DNA from: Malacoraja senta
Taxonomy: Eukaryota
NCBI GenBank assembly: GCA_038087875.1
Contig: CM075988.1
Span: 7,318,001-7,382,000, forward strand
Reading direction: 5' to 3'
Length of the DNA: 64,000 bases
Shown: one piece after another, positions 45,049-57,477 of the stretch
Layout of the letters: each line of letters opens with the position of its first letter
Numbering within the stretch: position 1 is the stretch's first letter
The notes under the pieces: model-generated
Seen by the model: the letters and a program-made list of their open reading frames with translations, nothing else
Databases searched by the model: none
What the model was told of the DNA's origin: nothing
Made by a program: the position numbers and the translations under genes

Positions 45049-47770
45049 TATGATATAGTTGGGATCACGGAGACATGGCTCCAGGGTGACCAAGGCTGGG
45101 AGCTGAACATCCAGGGATATTCAATATTCAGGAGGGATAGAGAGAAAGGAAAAGGAGGTGGGGTAGCGTTGCTGGTTAGAGAGGAGATTAACGTAGTGGA
45201 AAGGAAGGACATTAGCTTGGAGGATGTGGAATCGGTATGGGTAGAGCTGCGAAACACTAAGGGGCAGAAAACGCTGGTGGGTGTTGTGTACAGGCCACCT
45301 AACAGTAGTAGTGAAGTTGGGGATGGCATCAAACAGGAAATTAGAAACGCGTGCAACAAAGGCAAAACAGTTATAATGGGTGACTTCAATCTACATATAG
45401 ATTGGGTGAATCAAATTGGCAGGGGTGCTGAGGAAGAGGATTTCTTGGAATGTATGCGGGATAGTTATCTAAACCAACATGTTAGAGGAACCAACGAGAG
45501 AGCAGGCTATTCTAGACTGGGTATTGAGTAATGAGGAAGGGTTAGTTAGCAGTCTTGTTGTGCGTGCCCCCTTGGGCAAGAGTGACCATAATATGGTTGA
45601 GTTCTTCATTAGGATGGAGAGTGACATTGTTAATTCAGAAACAATGGTTCTGAACTTAAAGAAAGGTAACTTTGAGGGTATGAGACGTGAATTGGCCAAG
45701 ATTGACTGGCAATTAGTTCTAAAAGGGTTGACGGTGGATATGCAATGGAAGGCATTTAAAGACTGCATGGTTGAACAACAAAAATTGTTCATCCCAGTTT
45801 GGCAAAAGAATAAATCAGGGAAGGTAGTGCATCCATGGATAACAAGGGAAATCAGGGATAGTATCAAAGCAAAAGATGATGCGTACAAATTAGCCAGAAA
45901 AAGCAGCATACCAGAGGACTGGGAGAAATTCAGAGACCAGCAGAGGAGGACAAAGGGCTTAATTAGGAAAGGGAAAATAGATTATGAAAGAAAACTGGCA
46001 GGGAACATAAAAACTGACTGCAAAAGTTTTTATAGATATGTGAAGAGAAAGAGATTAGTTAAAACAAATGTAGGTCCCTTGCAGTCAGAAACAGGTGAAT
46101 TGATCATGGGGAACAAGGATATGGCGGACCAATTGAATAACTACTTTGGTTCCGTCTTCACTAAGGAAGACATAAATAATCTGCCGGAAATAGCAGGGGA
46201 CCGTGGGTCAAAGGAGATGGAGGAACTGAGTGAAATCCAGGTTAGTCGGGAACTGGTGTTGGGTAAATTGAATGGATTAAAGGCCGATAAATCACCAGGG
46301 CCAGATAGGCTGCATTCCAGAGTACTTAAGGAAGTAGCTCCAGAAATAGTGGATGCATTAGTGATAATTTTTCAAAACTCTTTAGATTCTGGAGTAGTTC
46401 CTGAGGATTGGAGGGTAGCAAACGTAACCCCACTTTTTAAGAAGGGAGGGAGAGAGAAAACGGGGAATTACAGACCAGTTAGTCTAACATCGGTAATGGG
46501 GAAACTGCTAGAGTCAGTTATTAAAGATGGGATAGCAGCACATTTGGAAAGTGGTGAAATCATTGGACAAAGTCAGCATGGATTTACGAAAGGTAAATCA
46601 TGTCTGACGAATCTTATAGAATTTTTCGAGGATGTAACTAGTAGAGTGGATAGGGGAGAACCAGTGGATGTGTTGTATCTGGACTTTCAGAAGGCTTTCG
46701 ACAAGGTCCCACATAAGAGATTAGTATACAAACTTAAAGCACATGGTATTGGGGGTTCAGTATTGATGTGGATAGAGAACTGGCTGGCAAACAGGAAGCA
46801 AAGAGTAGGAGTAAACGGGTCCTTTTCACAATGGCAGGCAGTGACCAGTGGGGTACCGCAAGGCTCAGTGCTGGGACCCCAGCTATTTACAATTTATATT
46901 AATGAACTGGATGAGGGAATTGAAGGCAACATCTCCAAGTTTGCGGATGACACTAAGCTGGGGGGCAGTGTTAGCTGTGAGGAGGATGCTAGGAGACTGC
47001 AAGGTGACTTGGATAGGCTGGGTGAGTGGGCAAATGTTTGGCAGATGCAGTATAATGTGGATAAATGTGAGGTTATCCACTTTGGTGGCAAAAACAGGAA
47101 AGCAGACTATTATCTAAATGGTGGCCGATTAGGAAAAGGGGAGATGCAGCGAGACCTGGGTGTCATGGTACACCAGTCATTGAAAGTAGGCATGCAGGTG
47201 CAGCAGGCAGTGAAGAAAGCAAATGGTATGTTAGCTTTCATAGCAAAAGGATTTGAGTATAGGAGCAGGGAGGTTCTACTGCAGTTGTACAGGGTCTTGG
47301 TGAGACCACACCTGGAGTATTGCGTACAGTTTTGGTCTCCAAAACTGAGGAAGGACATTATTGCCAGAAAGGGAGTGCAGAGAAGGTTCACCAGACTGAT
47401 TCCTGGGATGTCAGGACTTTCATATGAAGAAACACTGGATAGACTCGGCTTATACTCGCTAGAATTTAGGAGATTGAGAGGGAATCTTATAGAAACTTAC
47501 AAAATTCTTATGGGGTTGGACAGGCTAGATGCAGGAAGATTGTTCCCGATGTTGGGGAAGTCCAGGACAAGGGGTCACAGCTTAAGGATAAGATGGAAAT
47601 CCTTTAAGACCGAGATGAAAAAAACATTTCTCACACAGAGAGTGGTGAATCTCTGGAACTCTCTGCCACAGAGGGTAGTTGAGGCCAGTTCATTGGCTAT
47701 ATTTAAGAGGGAGTTAGATGTGGCTAAAGGGATCAGGGGGTATGGAGAGAAGGCAGGTACGGGATACTGA
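45049..47770 (+). pseudogene. CR1 ORF2 (endonuclease-reverse transcriptase), N-terminally truncated, one frameshift near 45482
   Basis: 'DIVGITETW...GVVYRPP...MGDFN' in ORF 45010-45531 continues as 'EEPTR..AILDWVL...SDHN...KSPGPD...YRPVSL...DFQKAFDKV...GVPQGSVLGP..F...FADD' in ORF 45479-47770. Confidence 0.95.
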
Positions 47771-47861
47771 GTTGGATGATCAGCCATGATCATATTGAAT
47801 GGCGGTGCAGGCTCGAAGGGCCGAATGGCCTACTCCTGCACCTATTTTCTATGTATCTATG
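45049..47861 (+). mobile_element. 5'-truncated CR1 LINE, young, nested in the Tc1 left TIR
   Basis: APE endonuclease + RT coding region, 3' UTR with 'gaagggccgaatggcctact' stem-loop and (ttctatgt) tail; Tc1 TIR sequence resumes at 47862. Confidence 0.97.
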
Positions 47862-47933
47862 TAGTCCCCCCCCATTTCAGGACACCGTAATGTTTGGGAC
47901 ACAGCAATGTCATGTAAATGAAAGAAGTACTTG

Positions 47934-48975
47934 TTAGTATTTTGTTGCATATCCTTTGCATGCAATGACAGCTTGAAGTCTGCGATTCATAGACATCACC
48001 AGTTGCTGGTTGTCTTCTCAGGTGATGCTCTGCCAGGCCTGTATTGTAGCCACCTTTAGCTTATGCTTGGTTTGGGGGCTAGTCCCCTTCAGTTTTCTCT
48101 TCAGCATATAAAAGGCATGCTCAATTGGGTTGAGATTGGGTGATTGACTTGGCCACTCAAGAATTGACCATTTTTTAGCTTTGAAAAACTCCTTTGTTGC
48201 TTTAGCAGTATGTTTGGGATCATTGTCTTGCTGTAGAATGAACCGATGAGTCAATGAGTTTTGAGGTTATTGTTTGAACTTGAACAGATAGGATGTGTCT
48301 ATACACTTCAGAATTCATTATGCTACTACCATCAGCAGTTGTATCATCAATGAAAATAAGTGAGCCAGTACCTTCAGCAGCCATACATGCCCAGGCCATA
48401 ACACCCCCACCATCGTGTTTCACAGATGTGGTGGTATGCTTTGGATCATGGGCAGTTCCTTCTCTCCCCCATACTTTGCTCTTGCCATCACTCTGATATA
48501 AGTTAATCTTCGTCTCTTTTGTCCACAAGACCTTTTTCCAGAACGGTGGTTCCTCTTTTAAATACTTCTTGGCAAACTGTAACCTGGCCATTCTATTTTT
48601 GCGGCTAACCAGTGGTTTGCATCTTGCAGTGTAGCCTCTGTATTTCTGTTCATGAAGTCTTTTACGGACAGTGGTCATTGACAAATCCACACCCGACTCA
48701 TGTAAAGTGTTTCTGATCTGTCGGACAGGTGTTTGGGATTTTTTTCCCTTTATTATAGAGATAATTCTTCTGTCATCAGCTGTGAAGGTCTTCCTTGGCC
48801 TGCCAGTTCCTTTACGATTAGTAAGCTCACCAGTGCTCTCTTTCTTCTTAATGATGTTCCAAACAGTTGATTTTGGTAATCCTAAGTTTTGGCTGATGTC
48901 TCTAACAGTCTTATTCTTGTTTCTCCATCTCATAATGGCTTCTTTGCAATTCATTGGCACAACTTTGGTCTTCAT
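47934..48975 (-). pseudogene. Tc1-family DD34E transposase, inactivated
   Basis: HTH plus 'GRPRK'; 'VLWTKETK' (first catalytic D replaced by K); 'QQDNDPKH'; 'WPSQSPNLNPIE'; frameshift near 48250; in-frame TGA at 48018-48020, after which the frame continues 'EDNQQLVMSMNRRLQAVIACKGYATKY*' to TAA at 47934. Confidence 0.95.
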
Positions 48976-49349
48976 GTTGATAAACAGCAATAAAAGTTTC
49001 CAAAGGTGATGGAAAGACTAGGTGCCGAGAGCTCTCTTTTACCTGGCTTTTAAGGAGGCAATTATTACACACCTGAGCAATTACAAACACCTGTGAAGCC
49101 ATATGTCCCAAACATTATGGTGCCCTGAAATGGGGGGGACTATATATAAACACTGTTGTAATTTTTACATGGTGAAACCAAAATGTATAAAAATGGCCTT
49201 TATTAAAACCTGACAATGTGTACTTTAACCACATGTGATTTTTTTTCTATTACAAATCTCAGATTGTGGAGTACAAACAAATAAATGATGGGTCTTTGTC
49301 CCAAACATTATGGAGGGCACTGTATACATTGATTAATGAGAGAAGGAGC

Positions 49350-49633
49350 ATTCCTAGACCTTGCAGTGCTAGATACCTGTGTTCGAACCTGACTGCGATT
49401 GCTATCCTAACGGAGTTTGTACATTCTCCTTGTGACTGCATGGGTTTACTCCGAGTGCTCCGGTTTCCCCCCACAATTCAAAGATGTACATGTTTGTAGG
49501 TTAATTTGGCTTTGGTAAAAAGATTGTAAATTATCCCTGGTGTGTAGGATAGTGCTAGTGTGCAGGTATCGCTGGTTGGTGCGGACTCAGTGGGCCGAAG
49601 GGCCTGCTTCCGTGCTGTAGCTCCAAACTAAAA
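49350..49633 (+). mobile_element. HE1/V-SINE-like SINE
   Basis: B box, V-domain-like core, 3' end and tail. Confidence 0.85.
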
Positions 49634-50087
49634 CTCTGACTCTGAGTAAACTGATGTTTAACTTGCAGAGACATTCTCAATCGGTAACTCTTGAGTTCTG
49701 TGTGCACATGTGTATATCAAATGCCGATATCATTAACTTGCTAACAAGTTGGCATCTTTAGTATCGTTATTGGTGCTGTCCAGGTTTTTTTGATTTGAAT
49801 GCATGAAGTTAAGACCCTCGTTGCTCTGTTCCTCTTTCCAAGAGGTTTCCCGATGACTGCAGGAGAGCTGCAGCCTTTGCTCGATCTATGGTTGCTTCAT
49901 ACTGTTTGTATTTCATTGAGGGGCTAACGTCCTTCTGAAGCCACTCAGCATATCCTTCATGGCTACATTTTTGTCATGAAATTTGAAGTGGGGCTGAATA
50001 TTTTTCTGACTGCATGCCTCCTAATTTGCCTGACAAAGGTGCCAGGATTACTTCGGCATGCTCTTCACCAACATGGAAAAAAATGGG

Positions 50088-50436
50088 CTTGGGTTTATCT
50101 TATTATTGTCATGCGTACAGTGAAAAGCCTTGTTGTGCGCTATCCAGTCAACGAAAAGACTGTACATGATTACAATCAAGCCGTGTACAGATACGGGATA
50201 AAGTGAATAATGATTAGCGCAAGATAAAATCCGATTATGTCTCCAATGAAGTAGGTGGGAGATTAGGACCGCTCTCTAGCTGGTGAGAGAATGGTCAGTT
50301 GCCTGATAACGGTTGGGAAGAAACTGTCCCTGAATCTGGAGTTATATAGTTTAAAATGTCTGCACTACTTGCCTGATGTGAGAGGGGAGAAGAGGGAATG
50401 ACCGTGGTGAGACTGGTCCTTGATTATGCTGGTGGC
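50088..50436 (-). mobile_element. Rex1/Babar-like LINE 3' fragment
   Basis: 'ttattgtcatgcgtacagtgaaaagc...cctgataacggttgggaagaaactgtccctgaatctgg'; reverse complement of the tails at ~24860-25060, 28640-28840 and 33215-33312. Confidence 0.6.
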
Positions 50437-50682
50437 TTCAATTTGCAGGTGATGGCTTCGCTAACAATGAAAGTACAATAGGAAGGATTTGAAGCATTGG
50501 CACAAGTCTAACCAAAATGGATGACACAAGTAATTTTGTTTTGGAAATTTCCAATGTGCTCAGATTTTCAATGAAGTGATGCGGCAGGAGTGAGAGGATC
50601 ACGTTAGAAAGATTTCTGCCTATAGATTTCTCCCATGATATCTTGGAGTTGCATTGGATTGCACCTTCCCTTGAGCAACATA

Positions 50683-50983
50683 TGGGCGGCACGGTGGCGC
50701 AGCGGTAGAGTTGCTTCCTTACAGCGCTTGCAATGCCGGAGACCCGGGTTCTATCCTGACTACGGGTGCTGTCTGTACGGAGTTTGTACGTTCCCCCAGT
50801 GACCTTTCCCCGAGACCTTCGGTTTCCTCCCACACTCCAAAGACGTACATGTTTGTAGGTTAATTGGCTTGGTATATAAATATAAAATTGTCCCCAGTGT
50901 GTGTACGATTGCTGGTCGGCGCTGACTTGGTGGGCCAAAGGGCCTGTTTCTGCGCCATATCTCTAAAAAATAAAAATAAAAAC
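50683..50983 (+). mobile_element. tRNA-derived SINE (HE1/V-SINE-like), full length
   Basis: gggcggcacggtggcgcagcggtagag head, core, 3' end. Confidence 0.9.
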
Positions 50984-51009
50984 TACATGGGTGGAGTTTG
51001 GAGTTTGGT

Positions 51010-51290
51010 GACAGCATGAAAACAGCCCCTTTGACCCACCAAGTCTATGCCAACCTCTATCACCCATTCACACTAGCACTGTTAATCTCACTTTCTGATC
51101 GACTCACTGGACACTAAGGGCATTTTACAGAGACCAATTAACCTACAAACCTGCACGTCTTTGCAATGTGGGAGGAAACCAGAGCACCCAGAGGAAACTC
51201 ATGTGGTCGCAGGGAGAATGTGCAAACTCCACACAGACAACACCCGAGGTCAAGATCGAACCCGTGTCTCTGGCCCTGTGAGGCAGCTGA
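51010..51290 (-). mobile_element. HE1/V-SINE-like SINE, inverted next to the previous copy
   Basis: Reverse-complement core and B box (gatcgaaccc). Confidence 0.85.
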
Positions 51291-52924
51291 TCTTTTTAAC
51301 TTTTTTTTTTTTACTGAAAAACCTCATGAGCCAAAATAACTCAATGATTCAACATGTTGGCGTTAAGTGTGGATGCGGTGCCAAAGAAAGCACAGCAATA
51401 ATCAAACCAATGGATTCAGTAACCGAGTATGGTGTGCCAGTGTTAGCTAGCAATACTCATGCAAGTATGACCTACACTCAGCTAAATGATGCTTTGCAGA
51501 TCATCACAGGTGCTCTGTCGATTACCTGTTCTACCCTGCAGCTTCACAATGAATGATCTGGGAAGCTGAAATTCTGGAGGTGGGATGGAGGGGAAATGTG
51601 CCAAATCTAGCAAATCTACCCCCGCCTTTGCCTGCAGAAGTGTTGAGCTCAATGAGAGCCTGTCGGAAGGGTTCATGTGATGAGAGGTGATCACGTACAC
51701 AAAATGTGACGTGATAGTGACTTTGGCGTTAGTGTAAATTACAAATGATTGCTCCAGTGTCCTGATGGATGAGGACATGCGAACACACTTCAAAACATGC
51801 TCAAAACCATGTTTATGCACTAATTATCTTTTTTATTAAATAGTGTAATTTCTTATTATTAAATCATTCAACTTCTTGACTTTACTCTTTCCTTACAGTT
51901 TTTAAATGTTCTCATCAGCAGTGTTATTGCGGCAAATGTTTTCCTTAGGCGCTGCATTAATTTGCGACGTTATGATGCAATGATTATCTCTTTTCATTTT
52001 TTAATTTGGCTAAACTTGTGCTGCGTTCGCTCGAAGCCCAATTATTCCGCAGGCTGTGTACACGCTCAGCAAATGCATGCAGCACAGAGATTGTGTTTCC
52101 GAGAACTTCCGACAGAATACAAGGAATTTTAAAATAGTCATTTGGTTTCTATATTACGAGCATTTAATGATTATGTTCTCTTGTTGTTTTGCTTGTAAAT
52201 AAATTGGCAGTGACAATTTAATCTTTATAAAGCGGTTTAATACTTTCCAGTGTCTACGTTGATGCATGGTGTTAGCGTGCATCCCGCATACTCCCTAGTA
52301 AGCATTTTATGATTGTGGTTATATGTTAGACTGCAGACATATTGATTTAGATGCAGCAGAAAGTAATGATTTTAGTTATGTTTCATTAGTTGAAAACTTT
52401 CTGTAGTGACTGTAGGTCGAGGAGGGACACAACTTACAAGCTAACACAATTAACATGTTTTGACTGTACAGAGCCCAGAAGCCGCCTGTGCCAGATCTTT
52501 TTTGTTGAGATTCTTCCCAGGCCCAAGTGGGAAGCTGCAGTACCTCGAGGCAAATATGTGAGTGGTTGTCTTCCCGCACTTGCAGATATATTTCAGTGTT
52601 TTGACGCCAAGTGTATTGACTATTACCACCTGCTATGATTAAAACAGATGCAATAAAAATGTGCTTACTGCTTGCTGTAAGGATTTTAATCTTTCAATTA
52701 AAAGAAATCTTGTTCTTTAGGATACTATATCTAACAGTGGCCTCCAAAATCAGCCAATTCTCTGTGCAAACACCAACTCTGTTAGGGCAATTATTTTTGG
52801 GCATTATTTGCGCTAATGGTTTTGCCCTGTTCTTTAATTATTATTGCAATTGTGTCTTGTAAATTGTTTGGCTTTGAGTTTTGCTGGTTGGTTGTATTTG
52901 GGAACATATGAACCAGAGGCAGAA

Positions 52925-53472
52925 AGTCATACAGCATGGAAACAGGCCCTTCGGCCGAACTTGCCAACACCAACCAACATACCCTATTTACACTCGTCCC
53001 ACCTGCCTGCGTTTGGCCCATATCCCTCCAAACCTATTCTATCCATGTACCTGTCTGAATGCTTCTTAACTGTTGCAATAGTACGTGCCTCAACTACCAC
53101 CTCCAGCTGCTCATTCCATACACCCGCCACCCTTTGTGTAAATAATAAAGTTACCCCTCTGGTTCCTATTATATCCAGAGACCCGGGTTTGATCCTGACT
53201 ACAGGTGCTGCCTGTACGGAGTTTGTACATTCTCCCTGTGACCACGTTGCTTTCCGGTTTCTTCCCACACTCCAAGGACGTGCAGGTTTGTGGGTAAATT
53301 GGGTTCGGTAAAAAAATTGGAAATTGTCCCTAGTGTGTAGGATAGTGCTAGTTGTTCTTCAGACGAAGAAGGTTCCTAACCCGAAAGGTCACCTATCCCT
53401 GTTCTCCTGGCCTGCTGAGCTACTCCAGCACTCTGTGTCTTTTGTAAACCAGCATCTGCAGTTCCTGGTTTC
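52925..53472. mobile_element. Composite: CR1 3' fragment (-, 52925-53170), SINE fragment (+, 53176-53350), Penelope-like repeat (+, 53355-53472)
   Basis: Each segment matches other copies of the same family in the window. Confidence 0.75.
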
Positions 53473-53898
53473 TGCTTTGTGTTAGCTCACTTAGTCTGCC
53501 TTTATCCCCTTCCACATGGCTCATATGCTCTTCCCCGCTCACGTTCCCACCCAGCTTCGCATCTACCAGTAAAATAATATTGTTACTGAGTGCCTTTTCA
53601 TCTGTGTCATTTGATAGTGATTAACTGATTAGCCCAATGCCAATATCTAGGGTACTCCACCAATAAAAGTTTTCCAAATAGAAAACTGCTGCTACTCTCT
53701 ATATTTATGCTTTCATCAACCCTTTGTTCAAACACATAAGCTGTTGGACAACAACATCTGGTGCTTTGTGTTTTGTTTAAAAAAAACTAAATAATCTATA
53801 TTCATTGATCTTCTGCTTAAGGATACTGCTAGTTACATCTTTGAAAAGTATAGATCGTCAGACGTGATCATCTTTCACTGATCCACATTGATCCAAGG

Positions 53899-54380
53899 GT
53901 GTAGGAAGGAACAGCAGATGCTGGTTTACACAGAAGATAGACACAAAATGCAGGAGTAACTCAGCGGGACAGGCGGCATCTGTGGATAGAAGGAATGGGT
54001 GACGTTTCGGGTCGAGACTTCTTCAGATCCAAAGGTGCTGTCACCAGAATCTTAAGAAAGGATTCCAGCAATTTTCTGATAATTAATTTTCGGCCAATTG
54101 GTTTGTGGTTCCCTATCTTCTTTTCACTGTTCTTTTTCTTGAATAGTGGTGTTTCACTGGCCAGTTTCAAACAAATTGAGACTGTAGAAACAAGGAACTG
54201 CAAGATGCTGGTTTGCAAAGAAGGACATAAAGTGCTAGAATAACAGTGGATCAGGCAGCATCTCCGGAGAACATGGATAGGTGACGTTTTGATCATCAAC
54301 GGGTTTTAGGACCTAAGACGTCACCTATCCACATTCTCCAGAGATGCTGCTTGAGTTACTCTAGCACTAGGTGTCCAATT
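53899..54380. mobile_element. Penelope-like terminal repeats: minus copy 53899-54027 and palindromic pair 54184-54380
   Basis: Match to the repeat consensus; ggagaacatggataggtgacgt / acgtcacctatccacattctcc inverted arms. Confidence 0.8.
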
Positions 54381-54389
54381 TAGACTGTC

Positions 54390-54625
54390 GTTTAGTTTGT
54401 AGCGCAGAAACAGGGGCTTTGACCCACATTAGGGACAATTTACACTTTTTACCAAAACCAAATTAACCTGCTAACCTGTACGTCTTTGTAGTATGGGAGG
54501 AAATCGGAAAACCCACGCGGTCACAATGTACAAACTCCAAACAGACAGTACTCCAGGTCAGGATCAAACCCGGGTCTCTGGCACTGTAGGGCAGCAACTC
54601 TACCACTGTGCCACCGTGCTGCCCC
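54390..54625 (-). mobile_element. HE1/V-SINE-like SINE
   Basis: Reverse-complement head '...ccactgtgccaccgtgctgccc' and core. Confidence 0.85.
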
Positions 54626-55729
54626 TGTTCCTGGAGTTTACACTGGAACCAAAGCCACAGACATTAGGGAATGGAGAATCAAAGTGGAAGGAAACTGGAT
54701 ATCAGGGTCGTCCTTGTGTACTGAACAGTTATTCTGCAAAGCTATTCAATCTGAGCTGGTTTTCTCTGATATTTAAAAGATATATATAATTCTGTCTTCA
54801 TAGATGCCTTGTTTTTATTTACTGGTTTTAATGTTGCTATCATGGAGAAATTTGATATGAGATTATCTTCACATTGTGTCCACGTGGACAACACTGAACC
54901 ATGCTTCTCAGTGGTTTAAGGCACTTGCCTTTTAGGTCTCCATACATAAACCATCTTATTATCTGAAGGTTAAGATAGATGGGGCCAAGTAACTAACGAT
55001 CCGTGTGTTCTTGATTCTGTTGCGTTTAATTGCGGCTTTTGAGAATTGCCTTCATCTTAATGAATTAACTTAGGAAGTGGGTTTGGTAGCTGGAGAAAGT
55101 GCAAATTGTTTTCTCTTTCCTGTGAACATTAGCCATCTGTTGACTGCTCCCAGCCCCTTGTCGAAATAAGAACCAGCATAAGTGAAGTATGAGAAAGTAA
55201 GGTTAATTATTGTGATTTCACTGATAGTGTCGCAATGATTCTCTCTAATAATCACTAATAACTAAATAAAATTAATTACCTTTTTTTGTAAAACATATCA
55301 AGCTGAAATATATTTTATCCTTTTCACTTTGGTCTAACCTTATGATTCGTGGTCACTTTTCAACCTCTGAGGATCTGGTCTAGTTATCACATCTGGAGAG
55401 CTCGCTCATTCATCAGGATTAATTGCCCCTCTGGGGCATGCATTTTGTTGGGCTCAACATCTGTAATGGTGTGAGTTGATCACATGAAGGTGCACACTTG
55501 TGTCAAAGCAAAACAAAAAAATAAGCTTCAAAATATATTTTTGTCGCACGCGTGGGACTGCAAATGGACCATTGATTGTGCTGACAATGTGGAGTATTAC
55601 CAGCATTTTGTTTTTATTTTGTACTGACAAAGATCTTGGTTAAATTCTTACACCATATTCAATTAGCCAGATTCCTGCCAGCTGGCATTAGGTGTGTTAA
55701 CTGTAGATCAGGAAGGTTACATTCAAACC

Positions 55730-55985
55730 TAGTTTAGTTTAGAGATACAGTGTGGAAACAGGCCCTTCAGCCCACCGAATCCATGCTGACCAATGAACCC
55801 CCATGTGCTAGTTCTGTCCTACACACTAGGGACAATTTATAGAAACATGCACGTCTTTGGAATGTGGGAGAAACCCCCGCGATTACAGGGAGAACGTGCA
55901 AACTCTGTACAGACCGCAGCGATAGTCAGGATCGAAACTGGGGTCTCTGGCGCTGAAGGCAGCAGCTCTACCACTGTGCTGCCAT
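55730..55985 (-). mobile_element. HE1/V-SINE-like SINE, followed by a CR1 3' fragment (-, ~55998-56176)
   Basis: (tttag)n tail, core and head; the next segment matches 25607-25765. Confidence 0.85.
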
Positions 55986-57477
55986 GTTGATTGAGTTACA
56001 TAGAAACATTGACATAGAAAATAGGTGCAGGAGTAGGTCATTCAGCCCTTTGAGCCAGCACCGCCATTCAATATAATCAATATGATCATGGCTGATAATT
56101 CAAAATCAGTACCCTGTTCCTGCTTTCTTCACATGATCCCTTGATTCCATTAGCCCCTAAGAGCTATATCTAACTCGTTAACAGATCGTTCATTATCTTT
56201 TTGAATGGCAGTGCAGTTTTGAGTCTGTGTTTGCTGTCGATCAGCCCGTTCCTTGTGAATTACCCAGAATACCTACATTTAGGCTCCAATGCGCAAAGGC
56301 CGAAACCATAAGACTGGTCAATGAGCCAACTGAGAAGCACCATTGAAAGCTACCCCTTGATTGTGGAACAGTTAATTAGAGTGTTCTTTTACATTTTAAC
56401 GTGTGTTTAGAGTTCTCTCCATTAATTGCATGCAAGACGATACTTTGCTTAATCAGACTGGATTGATTTATTTTCTCGCTGCCATTCAGGACCTGCAGCG
56501 TGCAATTAGCAACATGAAGCTCTTGGCCCAATTTCTGGAGTCAAATTAAATAATTCCGAAATCAATACTGTTGGCAAACACCCCTAATTTGTTCAGTTCA
56601 TTAAGCTTCATTCCACAAAGGTCTGAGTTCAAATGTTAAAAATCTTGTGATGTGAGGAAATTGTATTGCTGTCAGAATGTGAGGAACTGTGCATGATTGG
56701 AGCTATTGATGTCTGGCTAATTGTGAATAAACTCTGAGGATGAATCTTGTGAGGTCTGAGTGTTGATGCTTCAGATGATAACTGCAGGAGTTGGGAGTGT
56801 GCTTTGTTGTATTGTCCCAACGTCTGTGACACGAATCAATGCTACTCACTGAAGGGATCCTGGATTAAATGCGTTTAATGGCAGTTCTGTACAAATATCA
56901 AACCGATTTGGCTATAACTGGCAGTTGGTTAGGACTGAGGTTTAACATGGAAGTAAACTTCTGCAGTTGAAGGTGTTTTCCCAAAGTCGAGACTGTTCGA
57001 GAATGAAGGTATTTCAAGCTACATTTATCCATAGTATACAGTGCACATAATTGTGCTCATATTGTGCCCTGGATCCCATTCCACAGAGGGGGCATCCTGA
57101 ATGAATATAACATTCTCCTGTACATGTAGAAGATAATAGTTTGTCTGATGTGCAAGAAGGAACTGGTTTAGATCGAAGATAGACACAAAAAGCTGGAGTA
57201 ACTCAGCGGGTCGGGCAGCATCTCATGCGTTTTTGATTGAGACCCTTCATCCTGCCTGATGCATAATTAACTTGTGCCTGATAACTGCAAGGCCAGGAAT
57301 AGAGATAGCACTGATAGTCTGTTATCCATGAATTTTGAGAGTAGAAACAAGTGCTGGTTTCCAGAAAAAAATAACAAAAAAGTACAGGAGTAACTCAGCG
57401 GGTCAGGCAGTATCCTGGAGAACATGGATAGGTGACATTTCAGGTTGGGGACCCTTTCAGACTGGATATTGAGTATA

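Larger units (their letters stand above)
44863..49322 (-). mobile_element. Tc1/mariner DNA transposon with long IR/DR-type terminal repeats (~220 bp); left TIR split by a CR1 insertion
   Basis: Ends CAGTGCCCTCCATAATGTTTGGGACA / TGTCCCAAACATTATGGAGGGCACTG-TA; inner direct repeats at ~47886-47901 and ~49104-49120; transposase on the minus strand. Confidence 0.95.
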
